Source: an uncultured delta proteobacterium
GTDB taxonomy: Bacteria; Myxococcota_A; Polyangia; Polyangiales; Polyangiaceae
Reading direction: 5' to 3'
Assembly (NCBI GenBank): GCA_963782055.1
Contig: CAWAIF010000003.1
Location: forward strand, 864,001 to 928,000
DNA: 64,000 nucleotides
This document shows positions 20,861-36,173 of this stretch, piece after piece. A program made the translations under genes and the position numbers. The notes under the pieces are model-generated. The model worked only from the letters and a program-made list of their open reading frames with translations, did no database searches and had not been told where the DNA came from. The first letter of the stretch is position 1, and each line of letters starts with the position of its first letter.

Positions 20861-22882
20861 TCAGCGCGGCATCTCGACCAGGTGCGGCAGGCTCGCCGGG
20901 TGCGCGACGAGGCGCGCGTGGCCGAGGCTTCCCCAGCACTGGACGGCGCCGCCGGCGAGCCGGGCGCAGGCGTGGCCGTCGCTCGCGCTGAGCTCTTCCG
21001 CGCGTCCGGCGAGCGGAACGAGCTCGACCCGCGGATCATTACGACCGCGGCACCCGACCCGTCCCGCGCGATCGAGGAAGCACGCGCCGTCGCCCGTGGC
21101 CGCGACCGCGACCGCGCCCGGCAAGCCCGCGGTCGGCCCGGGCGGCGTCGGCGGCACGCAGTTCATGGGTCGATACGGGTCGATCACGTGGAGGAACATC
21201 GAGCCGAGCGTGCAGCCGCCCGGGTCCGGGACCCAGACCTCGCCGCTCGTCTTCAGGATCCACTTGCCGTCGAGCTGGCGGACATCGGTCGAGCTCACGA
21301 GCGGCCTGGTGTTGCCCGCGCGGTCGAACCCGATGGCCGCTCCGGAGCGAAGACGCGCCTCGCCGAAGTGGATCTCGGCGACGCCCGCGAGCGTCATCCG
21401 CGTCGCCTTCGCGACGGCGGGCGTCGGACCGTCGCCGAGCTCGATCTGTTCGACCTGGCCGCGCGCGTCGCCGGCGAGGAGCACTCGGTCGCTGACGGCC
21501 ATCGTGGTCACCTGGCGGCCCCGCTCGACCACACCGGACGCGCTCCAGCGGGTGCGATCGGCGCTCGCGCCGACGACCAGATGCCAGCATCGGACCTCGG
21601 GGCCGGGCATGGCGGCGCACACGGTGTTCTCCCCGCCGAAGATCGCGGTCGCGCCGGCCGAGCCGGGCAGCGGCGCCGCGGCGAACGGTGGCTCGCTCAG
21701 ACCTTCGGCGAAGCACATGGCGTCCTCGCCGGCGCGCCGCGCACACGTGAAGGCGCCGCCGGAGGCGAGCCCCAGCGCGCCGGCGCTCGCGAGCGTGGCC
21801 ACGCCGAACCGCCCGCGCGCGTCGGGCTCCTCCGAGCGATCGCCGGTGCCGGCGCAGGCCACGTCGCCCTTCGCGCGGGCGACGCAGGTCGAGCCGGTCG
21901 CGACGACGAGGTCGACGACGTCGTGGAACCCGCCGAACGCGATGGGCGACCGGCAGCCGATCGCGCGCCCGGTGCCGAGCTGCCCCGCCGTGCTCTCGCC
22001 CACGCACGCGACGCTGCCGTCGTGGCGGAGCGCGCAGACGTGGTCGGTCGCGACCGCGACGCGAACGGCGTGGTCGAGGACGCAGCGCACCTCCGGCATC
22101 GGGCCCGCGCCGAAGACACTCGGGCCCGGCGTGACGAGCGGCTCGCGCCGGTTGCACGAGACCTCGCCGTCGCGCCGCGCGACGCAGCGAAGGGTGCCGA
22201 CGGCGGCGACGTCGACGTACTCGCCGGGCTCGAACCGCACCGTCCCGGGCGCCGGCGCGACGCGTCCGCGCCTGCCGGTCGTCGACTTCGAGGCGGCCAC
22301 CGTCCAGATCGGCAGGCGCCCCTCGGCGTCGACGGCGGCGAGCTCCAGCACCGGCGCCGGCGCGGCGAGATCGGTCGACATGCCGATGCGCACGAGCGGC
22401 GCGGCCGACGCGAGCACGAGCGGCGCGCCGCTCGCCCCGCGGGTCACGTCGACGCAGGTGACGGTCGTCTTGCTCCGCGCGAGGCCGCACAGGTAGTCGT
22501 GACCGTCGAGCGCGCCGACGGCGGCCGCCGCCACGTCGCGGAGGACGACGCGCTCGCTCCCAATCTCTCGCCAGCGGAGGTCCCCCGAGGCATCGAGCTC
22601 GAAGCGCTTGAACGCGTCGTCGCTCCCCACGGCCGCGGGCGGCGCTTGCCTCGACGCGTAGGGCGCGTCTCCGTGGGCGCTGCGCGTCACGAGCGCGCCG
22701 TCCTGAGCGATCCAGACGGTGTCGCCGGTCACGCCGAGGAACTTCGCCGGGGTCCGCGCCACTCGTGCCGTCGCGGCGGACGCGGCGGGTGCCACCTCGC
22801 CCGCCACCGGGAGCGGGGCGCCGCCGCACGCGCTCGAGCCGAGCGCCAGCCCGACGACGCCGAGCGCGCGCACGAGAGCCAT
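20861..22882 (-). CDS. RCC1-like repeat lipoprotein
   Basis: SSACGG lipobox; HVCAL..DGSVACVG..GQLG; HACARLAGGAVQCWG. Confidence 0.8.
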   Translation of the reverse strand: MALVRALGVVGLALGSSACGGAPLPVAGEVAPAASAATARVARTPAKFLGVTGDTVWIAQDGALVTRSAHGDAPYASRQAPPAAVGSDDAFKRFELDASGDLRWREIGSERVVLRDVAAAAVGALDGHDYLCGLARSKTTVTCVDVTRGASGAPLVLASAAPLVRIGMSTDLAAPAPVLELAAVDAEGRLPIWTVAASKSTTGRRGRVAPAPGTVRFEPGEYVDVAAVGTLRCVARRDGEVSCNRREPLVTPGPSVFGAGPMPEVRCVLDHAVRVAVATDHVCALRHDGSVACVGESTAGQLGTGRAIGCRSPIAFGGFHDVVDLVVATGSTCVARAKGDVACAGTGDRSEEPDARGRFGVATLASAGALGLASGGAFTCARRAGEDAMCFAEGLSEPPFAAAPLPGSAGATAIFGGENTVCAAMPGPEVRCWHLVVGASADRTRWSASGVVERGRQVTTMAVSDRVLLAGDARGQVEQIELGDGPTPAVAKATRMTLAGVAEIHFGEARLRSGAAIGFDRAGNTRPLVSSTDVRQLDGKWILKTSGEVWVPDPGGCTLGSMFLHVIDPYRPMNCVPPTPPGPTAGLPGAVAVAATGDGACFLDRAGRVGCRGRNDPRVELVPLAGRAEELSASDGHACARLAGGAVQCWGSLGHARLVAHPASLPHLVEMPR

Positions 22883-23107
22883 CGCCCGAGCATACGTCCG
22901 GGAGGCCGCGAGCTCCCCCGAGAACGTCGCTTCCATGACGGTCGAGGTAGCCTGCGGCGGAGCGCGGCGTCCTGGTGAAGAAGGACATCTCGATCGACTG
23001 CGACCTCCGCAAAGGAGTGGACGCCTCCGTGCGGGAGGAGCTCGGCGTCGTCCCCCTCGAGGCCGTCGCGCTGCCCGGCTGACGGCGCGCGCCGAGCTGC
23101 GGCGCGC

Positions 23108-23143
23108 CGCCAATATTGGCGACCCGGACCGCCAATATTGGCG
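23108..23143. promoter_or_regulatory. tandem palindrome site 1, between divergent RCC1-like and WYL genes
   Basis: CGCCAATATTGGCG at 23108 and 23130. Confidence 0.75.
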
Positions 23144-23270
23144 AGCCTTCCGACCCGATGGCGCGGCGGTGCGCTGGACATATGTCACTCATCCCCAGGG
23201 AGTAGATCGCGACACTTGGCAATCGCGTCTACACGCCTATCCTCGGAGATCCTCGAGAGGAGGGTTCGGA

Positions 23271-24251
23271 GTGGGACAGCGCAGCGCGGGACAGACGCTC
23301 GCGGCGATCTACGTCGCCTTCACGCGGAAGAGAGACTGGACGCAGGCGGAGCTCGCGCGCGAGATCGGCATCAGCTCCAAGACGCTGGGCAAGCGGCTCG
23401 CGGAGCTCGAGGCCCTCGGGATGGGGATCGAGAAGGACGCGGACCCGCCGCACGTGTACTGGAGCGTCCCGAAGGGCTGGCTCCCCGGCGCGCTCGCGCT
23501 GACGAAGGAGCAGGTCGGGGAGGCGCTCCGGCTGCTCTCCCGGCTTCCGCGCACGAGGCGCCGCGACGCTCTCCTCGGCATGCTGGCGCGGGCGGTGCCG
23601 GCGCCGGAGCGACCCGTGCGCGATCCGGCGGACCAGGCGCAGCGCGACGAGCTGCTCTCGCAGGTCGAGGACGCCGCCCGATCCCTCGCCGTGCTCCACT
23701 TCCGCTACCGGAGCGCGAGCAGCGGCGCGGACCGGCTGCGCCGCGCCTCGGTGCACCGGGTGGTGCACGGCCCGCGCGCGCGCTTCGTCGCCTTCTGCCA
23801 CGAGAAGCAGGCGCTGCGCTGGTTTCGAGTCGACCGGGTGCAGAGCGCGCGGATCGACCCCGCGGCGCGCTTCCACGAGGTGGAGCCGGACGCGGTGGAC
23901 GCGTTCGTCGCCGGGAGCGTGGACGGCTTCCACCGGGGCGAGCCGGTGGCGTGCTCCTTCGTGCTGCTCCGCCGGGACATGGCCTGGGTGCAGGACACCT
24001 TGCCCGTCTCGATGCGGGTGGAGTCGACCGCGGAAGGCCTGCGCTTCGAGGCGATCACCGCGGGCGTGGAGCCGCTCGCGCGCTTCGTGGTGGGGCTCGG
24101 CGACGGCGCGAGGGTGGAGACGCCGGAGCTGGCGCTCCGCGTGAAGGAGCTGGCGCTCGGCGCGCTCGGGCAGGAGCCGGCGCGCGCGCGCCCGCTGCGG
24201 AGCACCAAACCACGCCGCGCGCAAGCCGCGCTGCTCAAGAGGGGGCGCTAA
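23271..24251 (+). CDS. HTH-WYL(-WCX) transcriptional regulator
   Basis: HTH WTQAELAREIGISSKTLGKRLAEL; WYL-like FRYRSAS..FVAFCHEKQALRWFRVDRV; WCX-like tail. Confidence 0.85.
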   Translation: MGQRSAGQTLAAIYVAFTRKRDWTQAELAREIGISSKTLGKRLAELEALGMGIEKDADPPHVYWSVPKGWLPGALALTKEQVGEALRLLSRLPRTRRRDALLGMLARAVPAPERPVRDPADQAQRDELLSQVEDAARSLAVLHFRYRSASSGADRLRRASVHRVVHGPRARFVAFCHEKQALRWFRVDRVQSARIDPAARFHEVEPDAVDAFVAGSVDGFHRGEPVACSFVLLRRDMAWVQDTLPVSMRVESTAEGLRFEAITAGVEPLARFVVGLGDGARVETPELALRVKELALGALGQEPARARPLRSTKPRRAQAALLKRGR

Positions 24252-24311
24252 GTGGGCGCATGGTTGGGAGCTCGACCAGGTGCATCGTGGCGCACCGTGA
24301 CCGAGCGAGCC

Positions 24312-25085
24312 TCAGCGCTTCTTCTTCGGCTTCGCCGCCGGCTTCCGCGTGGACCGTGCGGCCTGCGTCGTCGTGACCTTCGGCACGGTCACCTTGCCGG
24401 CTCCCCGGGCGACGGCGTTACCGAAGTGCGCGAGCGCGCCGGCCGGGACGTCGCGGAAGGAGAAGAGCCCCGCGTGCTCGCTCACCACCACCGACGCCAG
24501 CGGCGCGTGCTTCGTCAGCTCCGCGGAGAGCGCCTCGTAGGTCTGGCTCCTCGGCTTGCGGCGCGCCGCGCTCGTCAGCTTGGACGTCGCCGCCTGGATG
24601 TCGGTGACGGTGGCGTTCGCGAGGGCGCGAAGGTGCGTCGTGCCGTCCGCCTTCACCGGGACCTTCATCCGGTCGAAGTCGATGGGCGCCTTGCCGAGCG
24701 GCCCGCCGTTCTTCGCCTCCAGGTACCCGAGCGCCGCGTCGAGGGTGGACACGCCGTAGCGCTCCTCCTGCGCCGCGCTCGCGTGGTGCGCGACACGGAT
24801 GTTGCGCAGCGCGGTGCGCTCCGTCTCGTGAAGCGCCTTCTCGTAGAACTCGCGCGCCGACCGGTAGTCGCCGACGACGTAGAGGGGCGGGTCGTGGGTG
24901 ACGATCGCCTCCGCCGTCTCCCAGAGCACGTCGAACGCCCTGGACCCTCGCGCCTGTGCGTCGCGGAGCGTCGCGAGGTGCTCGTCCCAGAGCTTCTTCA
25001 GCTTTGCGTCGACCTTCACCTTGGGGTCGCCGGGGGACATGAGGAGGGGGAGGGGCTTGGTGCGACGGGGGCGGGCCTTGCGCAT
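24312..25085 (-). CDS. hypothetical basic protein, putative DNA-binding
   Basis: Clean ORF with Lys/Arg-rich termini and a helical core. Confidence 0.65.
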   Translation of the reverse strand: MRKARPRRTKPLPLLMSPGDPKVKVDAKLKKLWDEHLATLRDAQARGSRAFDVLWETAEAIVTHDPPLYVVGDYRSAREFYEKALHETERTALRNIRVAHHASAAQEERYGVSTLDAALGYLEAKNGGPLGKAPIDFDRMKVPVKADGTTHLRALANATVTDIQAATSKLTSAARRKPRSQTYEALSAELTKHAPLASVVVSEHAGLFSFRDVPAGALAHFGNAVARGAGKVTVPKVTTTQAARSTRKPAAKPKKKR

Positions 25086-25128
25086 GGGCGGAATGTCGCA
25101 TCGTGGGGCGGGGTGGGGCAAGAGGGAC

Positions 25129-25164
25129 CGCCGATGTTGGCGGGGAGGGTCGCCGATGTTGGCG
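25129..25164. promoter_or_regulatory. tandem palindrome site 2 (variant)
   Basis: CGCCGATGTTGGCG at 25129 and 25151, ~44 bp upstream of ATG 25085. Confidence 0.65.
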
Positions 25165-25202
25165 GGGGCTGCGACGAAGACGTGCTTCATCGCGCCCGAA
25201 CT

Positions 25203-25610
25203 CTAGGCGACCTCGCGGATGCTCGAGCCCGACACGGCCGGCACGATGTCGGTGATGAACGGCGCGGCGAATCTCGTCCCTGGGCAGCGTCGAGCTCCAC
25301 GCCGCCGACATCGACCGGAGCCACGCGAGCACGTGCTGGTCGCGGCCTCCGGGGGGCACGACCGCGAGCAAGTGATCCGTCGGGACGCGCCCGTCCTGAA
25401 CGAGCGAGGGCTCGTCGATCGAGGTGTACGTGTCCCTCACGATGACGCACACCGCGTCGTCGAAGACGAGGCCACTGGGGCAGCCCGAGGACAGCATCCG
25501 CTGTTTCAGCCGCGCAACTGCGGTGGCGTCGGCGCGCGCCGTCGTCTCGACCACGAGCACGGGCTTGGGATCGGGAGGATCGGATGACCACGAAGACCAC
25601 GTGGTGATCG
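25203..25610 (-). CDS. small hypothetical protein, frameshifted, start uncertain
   Basis: PVLVVETT..GLVFDDAVCVIVRDTY.. continues in another frame to ..SSIREVA*. Confidence 0.45.
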
Positions 25611-25719
25611 TTACGCCGGGGGAGCGAGGGGGAAGCGAGAAAGCGCGAGACGTGACGTCGTCGCAGGAACGGGCCAAGCGCGGGGGTTGTGCCAGCCGGT
25701 TGGCTGCAGGAGCATCGCA

Positions 25720-27160
25720 GCCTCCTCAGCAGAATCTGTGGGTGAGCTCCGGCTCGGGTAGAGCGCCAAGTGCATGATACAAAGCGATTTCTGCGCCATG
25801 ATAGGTGCGAAAACCGAAGGATTTTCTGGAGGTCAGTTTGGCCTTGGTGTTGAACCCCTCCACGACGCCGCTGGAAACCTGCCCTTTGGCACGGAACCAG
25901 TTGAGCAGCCGCGCGGTGGCCCCGGTGGGCGCGCAGCAACTTCGCAAACGGGTCGAGTCGTCGAGCGCATGGCCATGGTGACCACTTGTCCAGGAAGCGC
26001 CCGGCCCAGTAGGGCGAGCGATAGCCCCAGAAGTACTGGAAGTCCTCCTTGAGCAAGTAGGCGCGGACGGAGCGAAGTTGTAGCGCACCAGCTCGGCGAG
26101 CTTGCTGCCCGCTTGTCGGGAGGTTCTCCGGGCGCTTGAGCAGCAGCCAGCGGGTCTTGGTGAGCAGGGGGTGGCGTCCGGTGGCGCGCAGGGCGCGGAC
26201 CTCGTCGCGCCGCACGGTGTCGACGGCCTCGCCGAGGAGCTTGGCGACGTGGAAGCGGTCGAGCACGTGGAGGACGACGGAGCAGCGGGCCTGCACGACG
26301 CTGAGGAAGGCACGCCACATGTCGCTGGCCACGAAGGCGATAGCCTTGGTGCGCTCCTCGCCGAGCATGTCGAAGAAGGAATGGAAGCTCGCGGCGGTGC
26401 GGTCGCGGGCGATGTGGAGCAGGCGACGGCAGTCGTGGTCGATCTGGTAGACGACGGTGAGGTACTTCTGCCCCTTCTTCCAGGCCAGCTCGTCGACGCC
26501 GATGGACCGGATGCCATCGAGGCTGCGATGCTCGAGGCCCCACTGTACCGCGTGCTCGACGCAGCGGAAGACGGTGTCCCAGCTCGAGTGGAAGCGGCGC
26601 GCCACCTCCGTCCACGAGAGCACCCGCGCCCAGCTCGCGACGAACCACACGAACGCGTGCGTCGCCTGGCTCTTGCCGGAGGCCCAGGGCACCAGCTCCA
26701 CCGTGACGCCGCAACGCGGACAGTCCACGCGGCGCATCGCATAGACGAACAACACCGCGATGCCCCAGAGCGGCACGAAGGTGAACAGGCGCGGCGGCCC
26801 GTGGTCGTAGCCGCGCCGCTTCCGGTAGCAGTGCGAGCACACGGCAAGGGACCCGCGGCGAGGTCGAACGTGGACGTGCAGCGCTGGCCGCGTGGGCGTC
26901 CCGGCCCAGGTGATCTTGTCGTAGACGAATCCGGGCTGCGGCTGCAGCCGGCGCAGGATAGATTGAAGGTGCATCGTGCGAGGGGGTTGGAGGTTGGATG
27001 CCGTCTTCCTTGCACGATGCATCCTTCCCTTCCAGCCCCAACGACCGGCGCTCGGCGCGAGGCTCGCGGGCGGGACGCCCACACGCTCCCGCGATGCGAG
27101 CCCCGTGACGAGCGCCGAGCGATCCGCTTCACGTCAACCCACGGATTCGGCGGGGGAGCC
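25720..27160 (-). mobile_element. ISL3-family insertion sequence (1441 bp)
   Basis: Imperfect IRs GCCTCCTCAGCAGAATCTGTGGGT / GGCTCCCCCGCCGAATCCGTGGGT; 8-bp TSD GCATCGCA at 25712-25719 and 27161-27168. Confidence 0.92.
25726..26974 (-). pseudogene. ISL3 transposase, frameshifted in this sequence
   Basis: Zn finger (CSHC..CPRC), IGVDE, DRFHV, VEGFNTKAK..FGFR; indels near 25900-26110. Confidence 0.88.
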
Positions 27161-27274
27161 GCATCGCAAAAGCCTACCCGACGACCAATGGTCCCAAAGC
27201 CTGCGTCGCCACATTTGCCCGAAGCACGAGCCCGCCATGAAACACCACCTTACAGGAGACCCGATGGCATTGAA

Positions 27275-28927
27275 CCTGGATTTCGCTCGCACCGGTCCTC
27301 GGAGCGGGCGCGGGCGTCGCACGGGTCGGCGCGTCCCCGATGGTGCCCGGCACGGCTGCCGCGCACGATAAGCGCGTAGCGTGAGCACACGTCCCCCTTT
27401 CCCCCGCCTCGCAAACCAAGTTGTGTGCCGGTCAATTCAGCATCGGGCGAGGAGCGAGTCGCAGCTGCCAGCGACCCCCGACGCGCAGCAGGCGGCGGGC
27501 ACCAGGACGCAGGCGCGACGCATCCAGGTCGCGCGCCAGTGTGCCACGGCGGTCCCCGGGCACAGCGACAGCACCCAGCGACGCATCAGGTTGTAGGCCA
27601 GCAGCTTGAGCAGCAACGCGGCCTCGTTGGCGTCGAAGGTGTTCGTCGGGGCGTAGCCGATGCCGAAGGCGTTCTTGAGCTCGGCGAAGAGCGGCTCGAT
27701 CCCCGCCCGGCCGTCGTAGAAGCGCGCCACGTCGTCGGCGTCGCGGTCGTGATCGTTGGTCAGGTAGACCTGCGCCGAGTAGTCGAGGTCCTCCCAGAGG
27801 TGGACCTGCTTGCCGGTGTCGCGCTCGCTGGTCCGCACCGCCACCACGCGCCAGCCGGGAGGCCAGTCGTCGCGGCGGAAGTCCACCACGGCGACCTGTC
27901 GCGTCGGCTCGCCGAAGGCATCGCAATCGGTCGTGCGCCAGCGCGTCGTGCGCGCGACGGCGCTCATCAGGTTGGCGGTCTGCCGCATCTTCGCCACGAA
28001 GTACGCCCCGCCGCGCTCGACCGCAGAAAGCAGCGCTGCAGACTCTCCGCCGGAGTCGATCCGCATCGTCACCACGGCTTTCGGCGCGGCGCGATGCAGC
28101 CGTCCGATCCACTGCGCGATGTCCTCGACGTCGTCCTCGCCGATGCCCGTGTCGCCCGGCCGCAGCCGCGCTCCGAGCATCGTATCGGTCTCGGCGATGC
28201 GCGCCAGGATCGGGTGATAGCTCACGCGGCCGTGGTAGCGCGGGTTGTAGCCGACGTGCGCTCCCTCTTGCTCGCCGAACAGCGGCGTCACCGTCGTGTC
28301 CACGTCGATGGTCAGCTCCTTGGCGCGGAGCTTGGTGAGCGGCTCGAGCCCCTGCTCGGCCATCAGCTCTTCCAGCCTCTCGAGCTCGCGGCCCCTGAAG
28401 CGCCGCAGATCGTCGTAGAGCACGTCGATGCTCGGCACGATGCCGCCGGCGAGGTGCCGGAACACCGGGTCCGTCGCGAGCACCTCGAAGTCGAAGATGC
28501 GCCGCGCTCCCGCCACCGACGCGTCGAGCAGAAGCTGAATCTGCGCCGCCATCGGATAGACCACCTGCGCTCCGGTCTTGAGGTGCCCGAAGTCCCGCCG
28601 AAGCCGACGCCCGAGTCCAATCCCCTGCACGAACGCGTTGAAGGACGCGAGGCCCCCGAGTCCCGACAACCTCGGGTCCGGCCGCCCCACCTCCAGCCCG
28701 CTCGCGCGTGCTCGCCGCACCCGGCGATTCGCCCGCTGCCACTCCCACCCCTCGGGACGCTTGCTTCCGAGCTGCTCTCGTCGCACCTTCTGGGTGCTCG
28801 GCGTGTCGCTTGTTGTTGTCTTCATCAACTCCATCAACCGGCGCGCCGAGCGCTAAATTCCAGGGCGCGCGTCGATTTTCAGGAGCGTGCATCATGCAAC
28901 CGTCGCCGGAATGGAGCGAAATCTAGG
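27275..28927 (-). mobile_element. IS1380-family insertion sequence (1653 bp)
   Basis: 14-bp IRs CCTGGATTTCGCTC / CCTAGATTTCGCTC; 5-bp TSD TTGAA at 27270-27274 and 28928-28932. Confidence 0.93.
27432..28825 (-). CDS. IS1380 DDE transposase (probable frameshift near the C-terminus)
   Basis: IDVDTT..GEQEGA..YHP, LRPGDT, RIDSG, FYDGRAGIEPLFAELK, LAYNL. Confidence 0.9.
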
Positions 28928-30127
28928 TTGAACGCTGATCACCTCAAAGAACTCGTAGCCGGACACCGTCGCTATCCGCGGCACCGCAACGCTGGAGCCC
29001 GCGGGTGGACCGGGAGACAAGATCTTCCCGCCCACCCATGCGCTGGATGACAAGAACAAGAAGCCCGAGCCTGGTGCCAAGTACGCGTTCGAAACACGCC
29101 GAATCGGCGGGCAGGACGTAGGGTGCGTGCTCATCGACTCGGTGCAGAGCCAGGCGAACCGGATGGAGGACGCGCTTCAGGCGCTGTGGGCCGACAAGCA
29201 GATCGCGCTTCCGGTCGTGAGCGTCGACTTCTCGTCGGTCGCGCCCGAGGTGGGACGCGTCACGTCGCTCAGCGCGCCTCACCGCATCGCCGACGCGCTC
29301 CTACGCGATAGCCTGCTCGACGGCCAGCTCTTTCGCCTCTCGGATATCGGCCAGTCGTTCACCGACGCGAGCACCAGGAACGCGACCGAGTTGTTCAAGG
29401 TTTGCCCGACCGGGCTCGTCTTCGGATTGTGGGACAGTACCGGACCGAAGGGCGGCCTAGGAGCCAAGTTCCAGCGCACGCTGGTCTCCGAGATCGTTGG
29501 AATCAACGCTGTCTCTGGCAGCAAGACCGAGAGTCGAATCGATCCGCTGAACATCCTCAAGAAGGCTGCAGACATCTACGTCGCGGCCGACGACAACGAG
29601 CGGTGGACGACCGACGTCGGCAAGGCGAAGAAGCACGAAAAGGACGACAAGCCCCACAAGAAGGGTGACCGAGCAAATTCGGGAAAGAGGGTAAGCCGTC
29701 GGAGGTGAACCACGGCAACGTCACGCCAAGCATCGACTCGGTCGGTGGCGGCGTGACGATCGACGAAGCAAGGCACACGGTGGTCTTCTCGCTCGCATCG
29801 CTTCGACGTCTGGGATTCACCACTGGAGCGGAGGAAGCCCGCACGGTGCTGGCCGCGCTCGGGTTGCTCGCCGTGTTCGCTGCGGAGAGCCGGGGGCACG
29901 ATCTGCGCTCCCGCTGCCTGCTCGTGCCGAAGAAGGGCGCCGCGCTGAAGCTCGAAGCGATCGCACGAGATGGAAGCACGACTCCTGTGGATCTCGACCT
30001 CGCTGGGGCCATCGCGCTCTACAACGGGGCAGTCGGCGAAGCTTCCTGACGACATCAAGTTCGACGAAGTCTGCGGGCGAAGCACTCGCGGAGCTGCAGC
30101 CCTCGCCGAAGCTCGCCGACCTCGTGA

Positions 30128-34886
<4,759 letters not shown>

Positions 34887-34890
<4 letters not shown>

Positions 34891-35800
34891 GCCGCATCCA
34901 ACTCATGGGCGTGGACGGCTCCAATCCGCTCGGTTTGCTGGCGGCGCTGGGGCTGCTGCGTATCGTTCCAGGCGCGAAGCTCGGGTTCTCCGAGGACGGT
35001 TCGTTCCGGGCCTTTGTCGATGGGGTCGACAAGAGCGAATCTGGCCTGGCGACGCTCATCGCGGCCGATGCAAAAGCCGCTGCAAAAGCGAGAGCGCGCC
35101 GTGGCGCTTCACCTACACGAAGGCTGCAACCAAGAAACTGGGGCCTCAGAAGGTCGCCGACCTCAAGCCGCCGCCGGAGGACTTCAAGAAGTTCCTCGCG
35201 ACCTGCATCGAGGCCTGGTTGACCGGCGACGATGAGCCAGCGGGCTACGCGGCGGCCTATGGCACGGACGTCGCGGTCGACGCCAAGGGCAACACCAAGC
35301 CCACGGCGTTCCACTTCACGGCCGCCAAGCAGACCTTCCTCGGCGCAGTGGAGGGCATTCGCGCTTCCTTAGCCCAAGAGCGGGTCGAGACGTCGCTGTT
35401 CAAGGGGCACGGCGAGCGCCTGGGCAGCAACCTCCGATGGGATCCGGGCGCCGAGCGCAACTGGGCCTTGATGGCGAACAATCCGAGCGGCGAGGGAACC
35501 CGGGTGGATGCCCCGCTCGAGTGGCTCGCGTTCCGCGGCCTGCCGCTGCTGCCAAGCTTTCCGCGCGGCTCGAGGATCATCACTACCGGCGTCGTCGGTC
35601 GAGGAGATGAAATGATGTTCTCGTGGCCGCTCTGGTCAGTCCCGGCTTCGCTGCTAACGACGCGCTCGGTCCTTCAGGTTGACTGGACGGGGAGCACCAA
35701 GGAGCGTGCAGCGCGCGGCATCTTCGCGATCTGTAGTTCGGCGATCCGACGAACGAGCCAGGGCTTCGGCAACTTTGGGCCCTCGTTGGTGATGAGCTGA
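34887..35800 (+). CDS. csb3: type I-G large subunit Cas8g/Csb3-like (one frameshift)
   Basis: DGSNPLGLLAALG, LRWDP, EWLAFRGLPLLP, WPLW; overlaps cas3 stop (ATGA). Confidence 0.78.
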
Positions 35801-36057
35801 TGAGAGCACTTCCGGAGACCGTTCCCTGGATAGGTCACCGGCGAGCGTGCTGATTCGCCTGCGTCCTCCGCCAAACATCGCCGGACCCCTTCTCCATTGG
35901 CGGCGAGGCCAACTTCGGGATGGGCCTGTTCGTCCCCCGAGCACCGCTTCCCCCTTACCTCCTCGGCGGCGGCGACGCCGTATCGCCGGGCTGCTCGGCG
36001 AGCTCTTTGCCTGGGGCCACGCGCACGCGAACCGCGAAGCGATGACCACCCTGCCGG

Positions 36058-36093
36058 CGCGAACGTTGGCGTCCCAGCGCGCCGACGTCGGCG
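36058..36093. promoter_or_regulatory. tandem palindrome site 3 (variant)
   Basis: CGCGAACGTTGGCG at 36058 and CGCCGACGTCGGCG at 36080, ~80 bp upstream of ATG 36174. Confidence 0.5.
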
Positions 36094-36173
36094 GCGGACC
36101 GGAACGCCAACGCCGCGCTCGTACGCACGAGGTTGCCCCCCGGTACCCGGATGGGACATGCTGGGGACACGCC

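Noticed and set aside
35869..35902. Possible sixth tandem-palindrome site
   Set aside because: Needs an indel and the second copy is only a half-site; too degenerate
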